A stretch of 31,766 nucleotides of DNA, from assembly GCA_000388065.2 (NCBI GenBank), contig KB932201.1, one strand, 5' to 3'. The number at the start of each line of letters is the position of its first letter. Within the stretch, counting starts at the first letter, position 1. The stretch is from Fonticula alba ATCC 38817 (lineage: Eukaryota; Protista; Nucleariida). Positions 20,607 to 31,560 of this stretch are shown piece after piece. Made by a program: the position numbers and the translations under genes. The notes under the pieces were generated by a model that was not told the origin of the DNA, made no database searches, and was given only the letters and a program-made list of their open reading frames with translations.

Positions 20607-21446
20607 CCCCACTCCGACGGCCGTGGGACGGAAAGGCACATATCTGAGTCTAGTGCCAACGGCAAGGACATTCGTCGGCATCTGGCCAAGACGAGGAATG
20701 TCATTCTCAGGGAGAGTGCTAGAATGAATTCCGGCGCCCACCCATGGGCCCTGCTGTGAACCCCGTGCCTCGCCCCGGCTCTGTGGCAATATTGGTCTGG
20801 CAGACGCTTAGCCAGCCCCTCGGCCGTGTGGCGGCCGGAGGAGCGCACACGGGGGTACAAGTGGCCGGGTGCGCTGGACACGCAAGGAAGCCAGACAATA
20901 TCGTCAATGAGGTGTGGGAAAGTCCCATTTCCGGGAGCGTCGCACGCGCACACCCGCGGGCCGGACCCGGCCATCCGCGGACAAGGGGGGGCGGCATTCT
21001 GGATCTCCCAGCGAGGAACCCTGGAAAACAATTCCCCCGAGACTCCGGGTTTCTGGTTGCCACGATCCAGCCCTGGCCTCCCTTCGGTCTCCGAGGTCGG
21101 CGTCTGTCTGCGAGGCATGGGCCCAGACCCTCGTTGCGGGGTGGGTGTCTCTTTCTCTCGCTTCCTCTCTCTCTGCCTCGGTCCCAGGGGATCGGTCGAG
21201 GCCTGGCTGCGAGGAGGGATGTTCCGTCTTTTGACCGTGGTTGGGCCACATTCCCCCCCTTGACTCGAGCCCTGCACAGGGGCGGGCGGGCGGGCCGGCG
21301 GGCCGGCGGACGGAGGTCCATCCCCTCCTGGCAGCTGAGACCGACCCCTGCAGGGGCACGAGGCCGAGGAGACACCGGCCAGCCGAGATCCGCCAGGACC
21401 GGTTTACCGCCTCGGCGTGCTTATGGCCCCGTTACTCGGCCCCTCC

Positions 21447-21483
<37 letters not shown>

Positions 21484-21963
21484 GAGAACGTGGTCGAGCC
21501 TCCGCCCGGTTTCCCCCCGGCCCTCGGGCCAATCCTGACCTTCGCCGGAATCGGCCCCTCTCCCCCCTCGCCCGGAAGGGGGCAGCAGAAGGTTGGTCGA
21601 TGCAGGCCCGCCGTCTCGGGACGGTATTTCATTGGCATGAGGGTGTGTTGCCTTTTCGCGTGGGCGGAAAATGGCCCACTCCGGGATTCCGGGCCCGCGA
21701 GAGCATGCCCGGGCACGGCACCGAGGGACCAGCGCCAGGCTTCCGGAGGGGGATCTTCATTTGGCGGCGGGCTGACCGGCCGGTTGGACGTGGGGACCTG
21801 TCATGCGCACTTTCTTGCCGTCGACTTTCTCTCTCTCCCTCCCTCTCTCTCTCTCTCTCTCTCTTTCGCGAGTCTCTTCCCCTCCTCCCTTCCCCTTTTC
21901 TTCTTCTCCCCCTCGTCGATCGGCTCCCTCACTTGCTGGATTTGCCTTTCGCCCCTTCGGCCG

Positions 21964-24900
21964 ATGGTGCGAGCAGCGCCCCCCGCGCATGGGGATGCGA
22001 TCCGGCATCGGGGCGCCCAGTATCACCGGGTGCTCCTGCTGCTGGGCTTGGTGCTTGGCTTGCTGGCCACCGCGGCCAGCGCCACGGTGCGGCTCCCGGC
22101 GCACCGTCATCTCGCGCGGACTCTGGGTCGGCTCTTTGATGAGCAGGATGGCGTTCGAGGACTGGCCGCCGAGCTGCCGGTGACCCGAGACCCGACCCCG
22201 CTGGACCTGTACCGCGCCCCGGCAATGGTCTCCCTGACTCAGGGCTACGTGTCATATTGGGATGTGTGTGATGAGGCCGGCCGGCCGGGGGCCGACGGTG
22301 TGCCGGACCTGGTCCTGGCCTCGGGCGAATGGATTGAAGTCTACTGTGTGCGGGGCTTGGCGGCCGAGGGCGATGTCCGGACCCCCCCGCTGCCGGGCGG
22401 CGGCTCCGTGCCGACGGTGCCCCACTTCTTCGGGCCCCTGGGTGGTGGGCTTTCCGGGCCATCGGCCGCGCTGACTGGCCCAGCCATTTGCCGGGTCCAT
22501 GGCGGGGCAGTGTGGTGCTTTGTCATGGAAAATGGCCGGATGTATCTGGCCGAGTGGAATGCCCAGCCCGGTGTCCTGCCTGGCGAGCCCTCGCGGCTGC
22601 GTCGAATCAACACCATCTCCATCGGGAACTCCGTCCCTGGGGTGGTCCCCTGGATGCCGAGTGCCTTCAACATCGGAAGTGAAAGCGGGCTTTTCATGCT
22701 CAGCTTCAGCGCTATGTCCAACTTTTTCTCGTTGAACTTCGATCCGGTGGCCGATCGGGCAGACACCTCCATGACGACGCCCTTTTCGTCGGTGGTGTCC
22801 ATGGTGCCGACCACCAACCCGGAGCAGCTGCTGCTGACCGGGGCCGATGGTGTGTATGATGCATTCCTGCCGAGCTACGCCAATCGCAGCGTGAAAATGC
22901 TGGCTCGGCTGCCGGCCGGCGATGAAGCCTTCGGCACGGCCGTGGAGGTGGACATGCCGCCTGGCCTCGGGCGGGTGTTCGTGCTCCCGGTCGTCAACCG
23001 GTTCTCGATCCTCCACCAGCCGGCCGGATCGGCGGCCCCCGGCACCGAAATCACCTCCCGGGCATACAGCGACATTCTCTCCAATGCCGAGCTCAACGAC
23101 CTGTATGGGAATTCGAATGACTTCGAAATGGTGTCCATTCCGCGCCCGGAGCTCGGATGCACGGACATTTTGTGCACCTTCCGCGTGCAGCTGGGCGACC
23201 TGCGTCGGGCCACCTACAGCCTGGGCTGCCTGGGGCATGGGGATCTGCGCCTGCGGGCCGACGTGACCCCGGGGCTGCTGATGCAGACCCTGGATCATCG
23301 GGGCCTCAATGTGGCGGCCTTTGCCAGCCCGGGCGACCGACGCTGGATGCTGACCGACATGTCGCCGCTGCTGTCCCGGAGCCAGCTGGGCTGCGACGGC
23401 CCGGACTATTCGATCACCTGTGGCCCGGTGCTTTCGGCCGGGCTTTCGGTCAAGGGCTTCGAGGTGGCTTGTGCTCCTGGCAGTGGGCCCGGCTTGAATG
23501 GCCTGCCCTCGGGGGGTCTCTTCTGTCCGGGCTGTGCCTCTGGCTTTACTCCTTCCTCGGACATGGCCGGTGCGTTGTCGAAAGAGCCTTTGCCCCGGGG
23601 CGTGGGTTTCCTTGCCCCTCGCTGTTCCTCCTCGCCCCTCCTCGCCCCTCCTTGCCGGCCGTCCCGTCCTGGATGTTGCCCATGTCTTCGGCCGACTGAC
23701 TGTCCGTGGGGATGAAATGCGTCGATGAAAGCCGATCGCGCGGCATGCATCAGCTGCAGCGCGTCTGCCGAGTGTCACATGTGCCGAGCCGACCGGCCGG
23801 ACATCTGTCTGCTGTGTGCCCAATCGGACGGGCGCCTCGGGCTGGATGGCCAGTGTGCCGACTCGTGTGCCGTCAGCAGTGACATCGGCCCCTCGGCCGG
23901 GTCTCCCTGTGCGACGGAGTCGCCGGCGGAGCCGGTCCCCGGGGCGCCGGTCTGGCCGCCGGCCGCCGGGGACCCCTTCCTACCTTTGGCTTTGATTCCC
24001 TCGCCGGTGGGCTTCCGTTCGGCCGATGGGCTCCCGTCAGCGGCCCTTGGCCATTCGGGCGAGTATTACCTGGGCGTCGGGGCGGCCGGATTGGCTGGGC
24101 TGCACTTGGCCCATCCGCCGTCCGGTCGTGCGCCCGGCTCGCCGGCCCCTCTGCCCTCGAGCCTGGACTGGCAGACCGGCCTGAATGCGATCTTCGGCCT
24201 GGTGGGCACGGGCGGTGCTGCGGCTGCTGCCTTGAAGCTGGCGCACTTCCTCCCGGCCCCGGGCCGGACGGATGTCTGGCATCTGGTGGCTTGTCCCTCG
24301 GCGGCGGCGGCGTCGCCGCTGCTGGCGACGATCGACTGCTCCAGTGATGTCAACGCCTGTGCCGTGACGGGGGGCCTCCAGCCATGGGAGCTTGTGTACC
24401 CGGTGTTGCCTGCCGGCGTGGGCTGCGAGGCGCTGGTTGCCTGTGGCCATCCAACAACTGGTCCCTCCTCCGAGAGGGCGCCATCGGATGTGCTGATTGT
24501 CACTCGGGATTCCTCGCTGTCGACCGATGACTTCGAGGTGTGGTCCCTGTTGAGCATCCTGGCCGGCGCGCCGGTCCGGCATCCCTCGGTGACGCCGAAC
24601 CCCGCATGCACGGGCGTCTTCGCCGGGCTGCCGATGCCGGGGTTGCTGCACGCGGTGCGGGAGCCCGCCGCACCGGACGGCCTGGGCCTGGTCCTGCAAG
24701 GGGCCGTTCAAAATGCCCCGGATGTGAGCATGGCCATGGCCATGGCCATCGATCGGTCGATGCTGCTCAGCGGCGGCGGGGCGATGGCCAGTGCCAAGAA
24801 GGTCATCCTGCTGGCGGACAACCACCACCGGACCGGGCGTCCGCCGGTGGCATCGGCGCGCGCCGCCACGCACATGGTCCTCGGCACCCTGGCCGCCGGT

Positions 24901-27900
24901 GGGTCCGGCACCAGCCTCCTGGTGGAGGTGGCCCATCCGACGAACATGCACCGGCCTGGTGCCCAAGTGGCCCTGAATGCGCCCCAGGCGCTGGGCCTGC
25001 TCCCGGCGGGGGATGCCCTGCCGGTGGGTGCCATGGTGTTGGATCTGACCAGTGACCAGGTGGGCGACCTGCTGGTTGTGACCGAGCGCGGGGTGGCCCT
25101 GGCTGCGGGGCTCCCGATGACCGGGGGCTTTGGCCAGGTCCGGTGGCTGATGCGCTCCGAGCCCGGGGTGTCTGGGGCCGAGGTGGCGTTGGCCGCCGAT
25201 ACCCGCGTGTATGGGGCGCTGCCTCTGCAGGCGCCCGGGCGGCTGGTGCCGCATGCGCTGGCGGTGCCGACGTCGGCCGGCCTGGCGCTCGTGAGTCTGG
25301 CCGTGGTGGACCGCTGTGCGGATGGGTCGTACCTGGAGGCCGGCGCCTGCCGGGCCTGCCACGATGTGTGCTCCACATGCACCGGGCCGACGGCGGTCGA
25401 TTGTGTGGATTGCCCGTTGCGCAATGCCCGGGGCGAGTGTGTGCCCGGCTGCCGGCGGGATTGCCTGTCCTGCCAGATAACCCCCGGGGGGAATGCCATG
25501 TGTGTGGCCTGCCCGGTGGGGTATGTCCCGGATGGGGCCCATGGGTGTGCTCGATGCACTCTCGGGTGTGACAGCTGCTCCGGTCCGGCGGCCGACGAGT
25601 GTCTCGGCCCCTGTCGCGATGGCCTGGTCCTGTCCAATGGCCGGTGTTTGGTGTCCTGCCCGCCGGGGACCGGTGCCCTGAATGGCGAGTGTCAAACCTG
25701 CCCTCGGGGCGGGTCTGGCGGATGCACTGCCTGCGCGCAAAGCACCGAGACCACCCTTTCCTGCACCGTGTGCCATGAGGATCACTATGTGGATCCGCTG
25801 ACCGGAGCCTGCCAGTGGTGCAACCCGGCTTGTGCTTCGTGCATTGGCCCGGCCGTGGACGAGTGTACCGCCTGCCCGGCCACCGCGGCCGATGGGGCCG
25901 AATTGTGGCTCCATGCCACGGGCCCGGCCGGGGAGTGTCTGCGGGTGTGTCCGGCGGGCTTCGCGGCCGATGTGGCCTCCAAGTCGTGTCTCCCCTGCCA
26001 CGAGTCGTGCGAGGCGTGCACCGGCACCGCGGTGGCCGGTGGCCCGGCCCTTGACAGCAGTCGCTGCACTGCCTGCCCGGGGGATCGGTATGCCGAGAAG
26101 GTGGTCCTGACTCCGGAAGAGCCTGACGGTCCGGCCTATGTCCAGTGTCATGCATGTGACGACTCGTGTGCGGGGTGCACCGGGCCTGGGCCGAGCGACT
26201 GCTCGGCCTGCGCGGTTGGCTTCCGCATGGTGCAGAATGCCGGCCGGACTTACTGCGAGGCGACATGCTCGCGTGGCTTTTTCGAGGCCCCCTCGGGCGA
26301 TTGTCTGGAGTGCCACCCGAGCTGCGGGGCGTGTGTCGGCGGTGCCGATGCCAGCAACTGCACGGAATGCGCCGCGGGGTTGGCATTCGAGCTGGACATT
26401 TGCCCTGGCGGCGGGGCCGGCACCTCGCCGACGCGTCTCTGCCCGGAGGCCCGGTGTGTGAGTGCCGACTGTCCGGTTGGCCAGTTCCTGGCCTCCGATG
26501 GGGTGTCCTGCGCCGCATGCGATGCCTCCTGCCGGGCTTGTTCCGGCCCCGGGGCCGATCAGTGCCTGGACTGCATGGACCCGGGGGTGGTCATCGAGAA
26601 TGCCCACTGCCCTGGGACCGTCTGTGCGGAGGGCTTCTTCCCGAGTGCGGACTACACGTGCCAGAAGTGCTTCCACCAGTGCCGGTCGTGCTCCGGGCCG
26701 CGGAGCACCGAGTGCACGGCTTGCATCGACGGTCTCCTGCTCTTTGCGGGTCGCTGCATGGACCGGTGTCCGGCTCGGTTCTTCGCCTCGGCGGCCGGGG
26801 TGTGTGAGCCCTGCTCCGAGGGGTGTCTCGTGTGTTCCGGCCCGGAGGGTCATCACTGCATGCAGTGCGAGCGCAACCTGTTCATGGTGCCGGGTGGTCT
26901 GGTCGAGGACCATGCCGGGGGCTGTGATGGGACTTGCCCGGCTCGGACCATCAACATCGGTGGCCAGTGTGCCGGGTGCCATGCCTCCTGTGACCAGTGC
27001 ATTGGCCCGAAGCCGAATCAGTGTCTGACTTGCCGGGCGCCGGAGGCCCTGTTGCAGGGGGGCGATGCGATGTGTGTGGACACCTGCTCGGTGGGGTTCT
27101 TCCCGCCGCCGGTGTCCGCGGCTGGCACCTGCTCTCCCTGCAGCCCGTATTGCTTGGAGTGCTCCGGCCCCGGGGCCAAGCAGTGCACGGCCTGCTCCGG
27201 GGCGAGTGGCCTGCTGGCTGATGGCCTTTGTCGGGCTGCCTGTCCGAGCGGCTGGTTCAAGGTGGCCGGGCTGGATGTCTGTGAGCCTTGCTCGGCCAAG
27301 TGTCGGACCTGCTCCGGGCCCGGGGACAATGCGTGCACCGGCTGCCAGGCAGATCAGGTCCTCAGTGAGCCGGGCATCGGGTCGTGCCTGGATGGCTGCC
27401 CGGTTGGGCGCTTCTTCCGGCTGGAGGACCGGTCGTGTGTCGCTTGCGATGTGTCATGCGCCAAGTGCTTTGGTCCTGGATCGAGCCGCTGCTCGGAGTG
27501 CTCGGCCGGCATGGTGGTTTCCGACGGGCGGTGTGTCGATTCCTGCCCGGCGGGCACCTTCCTGGATGGTGGCCTGTGTCGGAAGTGCGACCATTCGTGC
27601 GGGTCCTGTCGGGGGGCGGAGTTTTCCCAGTGCACATCCTGCCTGGAGGGGCGCCTCCTGCATGAGGGCATGTGTCGGACCGAATGTCCGGCGGGGTTCT
27701 CGGCGGATGCCGGGGCGCGCATTTGCGAAGCCTGTCCGGAGCATTGCGAGGTGTGCTCCGGCGAGGGGGCCTCTCGGCAGTGTGCTCTCTGCACGGCTGG
27801 GGCTCTGCGCTTGGGGACCGGGTGTGTGTTTGGCCAGTGCCCGGGTGGCTTTGGCACGAATGACGGCCAGACCTGCCTGCCGTGTGACACCTTTGACTTG

Positions 27901-30398
27901 GATGATCCGACGAACCTACCGCCGAGCGGCTGTCAGGTCCCCTCCAAGGGCCAGTCCAAGGGTACGCCTTTTCTTCTTTTTTTTTTCTTTTTTCCTCCCC
28001 CCGGTCTTTCCTCTGCTCGTCCCTGGGATCCGGTGATGGGTGTCGCCGAATCTGACCACTCCTGCCTTGCCGGGGTCGATGTTGGGGGGCGTGTTCGGCA
28101 CAGGGCTTGCCCTGGGTCTGGCCCTGGGTCTGTCGCTGGCGCTCTTGCTGGTGGTGCTTTTGGTGATCCTCTGGGTGCTGTACCGCCGGCGCCAGAAGCA
28201 CCTGGATGGCAAGGTGCGACGATGTTGGGCGGCTATTCCCCCCCCCCCCCCCCTCTTTCTTGCCCATCGCGCGCGGATGAGGGGACTGGCGTGGGCAAAA
28301 TGTGGGCGATGCTTGCGCCAAGCGATCTGACATCCATGCCTATCACTATGTGTCCTGTGTCTCTTGCGTGTGTGTGTGTGTGCGCGCGCCACGCATGTCC
28401 CTTTCCCTTTTCGCCTCCTTCTCCAGGAGTCCCTGGCGATGGAAGCCCTTGATGTGGATCAGACCATCCTAAACACCACGATCGGTGCGTCCTTCCAAAA
28501 GGGTCTTCTTCTTTTTGCCCTTCGCTCTCGCGCGCCTCCTGGGAAGGCTGAAATGGCCACAGCCGGCCCTGGCATGCTCGTGCCCTGGCCCGACGGCATT
28601 CTCCCGGTCACACTGACCTTTCCGTCCGTGGTCGCTTTCTGCCGGCAAATACCGGCACAGCTCTGTCCCTGCCGGGCCATCTGGCCTTTGACTTTGCGGA
28701 CATCGCTCGGTTGGTGGATCATCATGATGGCGGGGCCATCGCCTCCGGTGGCCAGGGTAAGGTTCAGATCATTGAGCTGACCGATCCCGACCTGATCCAG
28801 CTCCATGGGTCGTCCGATGCGGCGGCCAAGTTCTTCACTCAAGGTGCGCAGCATCATCCCCCTTCGCTCCCGTCCACCCGGACAGATCCATTTTTTTTGT
28901 GATCTATGCGTGTCTGTCCCTTCAGATGGCCATCAGCCGGCCCATGGTGTCCCCCCCCCCCCCCCGGTCGCTATTGGCAAATGTTTTAACGCGTGACTCC
29001 GTTCGCACATACTCCCCCGGCTTCCATCAGAGCATCTTCGAGCATGAGATCGCCATCATGTTGTGCGTGTGCCCACATTGGCTTCCCCCCTGGTGCTAGG
29101 ATTGGCCCCTCCTGCCCCCCTGCAGAGTCTGCCCCTTTGTGGCTGGTGCTCGTCTGACCATTGCGACTCCCCCCCCCCCCCCCCCCCCCCCCTCCCCGTA
29201 GCTCCCTCGCGCACCTCCCATCGGTGGTCCAGCTGATCGGCTACTCGATCAGCCCGCCTGCCATCTTCATGCGCAAGTACGAGATCGACCTCGGCGGGCT
29301 GCTCAGCTCGGAGATGGAACTGACTGCGGCCGATGGCCAGCACTTGCTGGCGGACTTGTGTATGTGTCGATGCCGGCTTCGGCTGGGGTTCCTCATGTCG
29401 CCTGCGATTTTTTTCCGCCTGCCGGGCTGGGTGCTGACGTGATGTACCTTGGCTTTTGTGTGTGTGCGTGTGTGCGCGCACGTGTGTTGGCGCATGTGCG
29501 GGCTCCACCTGCCATAGCCTCTGGTCTGGAGGCCATTCATGCCGCGGGCTATGCCCATCGCGACATCAAGCCCGGGAATGTGTTCATCTCACTGGCGAAT
29601 GGGTCGAATTTGCCCAGCCCTTCGGGCGGCCGGTGGCACGTGGTCTTCGGCGATTTCGGCGCCGCCCTCAACATCACCAACCCCTCGGTCCTGAAGGAGC
29701 TGGAGTTCAATGCGCTGTCGCGGATGTTCGCTGCGCCGGAGGTGCGAGGCCGGTGCCATGGTCCTTTTTTGTTCTGCCCCTGCGTGTCCCCTCCGTCGGC
29801 CCTCTCCCTCCCCGGGGTGCTGGTGTTTCGATTTGGTGTCTAACCCTGCGGGCTCTTGGCCGACACCGCTCTTCGCATCGGGCGTGGCTTGGTTCTTCGT
29901 CGACATGGGTGCTGTCTGGCCGCTTGGAATGTCCCGCTGCCCTGCTCCTCTCCGCTGCCTGCGTGCTTTCTTCAGCTGGTCCATGCCTTTAACCAGCAGC
30001 TGCGGCTGCCGGTGGAGGGTCACTTTGCGTGCGATGTGTATGCCTTTGCGGTGCTGGCATGGTGTGTGATGGCTCGCTCGAGGAAGCCGTCGATCGGTGC
30101 GTCCATTTCCTCTTCGGCCTTTTTGCGTGCAAACCGCCCCGAAGTGTCACTGACATGGATGCGTGTATGTGGGTGGGTGGGTGCTGTGCGATGCGCGATG
30201 CGTGCCACGTTTGCTGCTTGCTCGTGTGCAGATCCGTCGACCAGTCGTCCGCCTTTGGCTGGCGAGTTGTTTGGCAGCTGGAACTGGCCGGAGGACGACC
30301 TGGAGCGCTTCATCGGGGCCATTTCCCAGGCATGGGCCGAGGACCCGGGCGCCCGGCCGGCGGCCCCTGACCTGGCTCGGGCCTTTGCCATGCCCTAA
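21964..30398 (+). CDS. Single-pass receptor-like Ser/Thr (TKL-like) protein kinase with signal peptide, large ectodomain carrying furin-like Cys-rich repeats, one TM helix and a cytoplasmic kinase; about 2300 aa
   Basis: Exons: 21964-23569, 23732-27961, 28104-28213, 28427-28484, 28661-28843, a probable micro-exon near 28926-28948, 29031-29062, 29202-29359, 29518-29741, 29976-30096 and 30232-30398. Signal peptide ...VLLLLGLVLGLLATAASA. TM GLALGLALGLSLALLLVVLLVILWVLY followed by the stop-transfer RRRQK. Kinase motifs IASGGQGKV, AAAKF, FEHEIAIM, SVVQLIGY, HRDIKPGNVF, FGDFG, FAAPE, CDVYAFA and AWAEDPGARP. All junctions are phase-consistent except 28843 to 29031, which needs an intervening micro-exon. 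Confidence 0.87.
25315..27885 (+). repeat. Array of about 17-18 furin-like (FU / growth-factor-receptor Cys-rich) protein repeats in the receptor ectodomain
   Basis: Recurrent C-P-x-G-x-F...C-x-x-C-x-x-x-C-x-x-C-x-G-P-x-x-x-x-C-x-x-C units of about 45-55 aa, e.g. CQKCFHQCRSCSGPRSTECTAC and CRKCDHSCGSCRGAEFSQCTSC. Counted by hand. Confidence 0.92.
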
Positions 30399-30646
30399 AG
30401 CCCTCGGCGGTGGCCCGAAGCGAGCAGGCGGCCATGCGTGCCGCGTGTGAGCCCCCTCTTGTTGTCATTTTGTTGCAACGTGCAGAGGGGAGACCCCTTC
30501 GGCTGGGATGCCAATGTGTGCCCGGAGCGAGGGGGCGCGGGGTGGGGGACCCTCCTGAGGCGTGCATGGGGTTGCATGTGCGCCTCCACGTGCCTCGCAG
30601 CGCGCCGGGCAAATACACCCCCTAGATTGACAACGGCAGGGGCGCC

Positions 30647-30668
30647 GCGCGCGCGCGCGCGCGCGCGC
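30647..30668. repeat. (GC)11 alternating purine-pyrimidine palindrome
   Basis: Read directly; 249 nt downstream of the receptor kinase stop codon. Confidence 0.95.
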
Positions 30669-31087
30669 CATGGAAGGAGGTCATCCCCGCGAAGGGAGGT
30701 GGGCACGATGGCACAAGCGATCAACATCTCGCGTGTTTGTCGTGTCCGCGCGTGTGCCAAGGTGTATCTGTGTGCGTGGGTGTCTGTTACGCGGTGTGTC
30801 GCATATGCCCCCGGTCGCGGCCCGGGCAACACATTGGCCCAATGATGATGATGATGCATCGCCCCCTTCCGACCCCCTGGGTGAGGTGGAGCGGGGGCGA
30901 GAAGGTACGCCCGCTCAGGGGCCCCCGGGCAATGTGAGGTGGGGAGGGGGCCGGGGCCCTCTTCCGCGGCCCACAGGGCAGGCCATGCTTGGAGCCGGCA
31001 CACACAAGCATCCGAGAGCGGCTAGTTCGTTGGAAGCCAGCCAAAGTGGGCAAGTCGGGGCCGTGTGTGTGTGTGGGGGGGGGGGGG

Positions 31088-31265
31088 NNNNNNNNNNNNN
31101 NNNNNNNNNNNNNNNNNNNNNNNNNNNNNNNNNNNNNNNNNNNNNNNNNNNNNNNNNNNNNNNNNNNNNNNNNNNNNNNNNNNNNNNNNNNNNNNNNNNN
31201 NNNNNNNNNNNNNNNNNNNNNNNNNNNNNNNNNNNNNNNNNNNNNNNNNNNNNNNNNNNNNNNNN
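31088..31265. other. Assembly gap (178 N) flanked by poly-G
   Basis: Read directly. Confidence 1.
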
Positions 31266-31560
31266 GGGGGGGGGGGGGGGGGGGCGAGAAAGGGCCTTGC
31301 CGGCTCAGCTGGGCGGAGCTAATGCCCTGGAGCCGACCGAACAGTCGGCTGTCAGGATCGTGGGTTCAGTGCGAGACCATGGAAATGTCATGTGAGCGTG
31401 GAGGATGATCGCACCCTGGGTCACACGGTTAACCGAATGGGGCAGGCTCGGCCCCACGGGGTCTTGTGTAATTAGACGCTTGCTCGTCTCGGGCGTTGAT
31501 GGGCTGTCGGCGGGGCGAGGAACGAGAAAAGAGCTTGCGGGCGGCATGGCGGGCTTGCGC

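Noticed and set aside
20667-20702. Small hairpin GACATTC...GAATGTC in the divergent promoter region
   Set aside because: Only about 10 bp with a bulge, and no H/ACA or C/D boxes; within chance expectation.
21241-21963. In-frame upstream extension of the receptor ORF
   Set aside because: It starts at a non-ATG codon and translates CT microsatellites; the signal peptide begins after ATG 21964.
24037-26982. 981-aa antisense ORF and 571-aa antisense ORF over the receptor ectodomain
   Set aside because: Codon-bias shadows of the Cys-rich sense ORF; no motifs of their own.
16012-27885. CRISPR-like or mobile-element interpretation of the repeats (7-mer array, FU repeats)
   Set aside because: No unique spacers, cas genes, terminal inverted repeats, target-site duplications or transposase; the FU repeats are diverged at DNA level and repeat only as protein.
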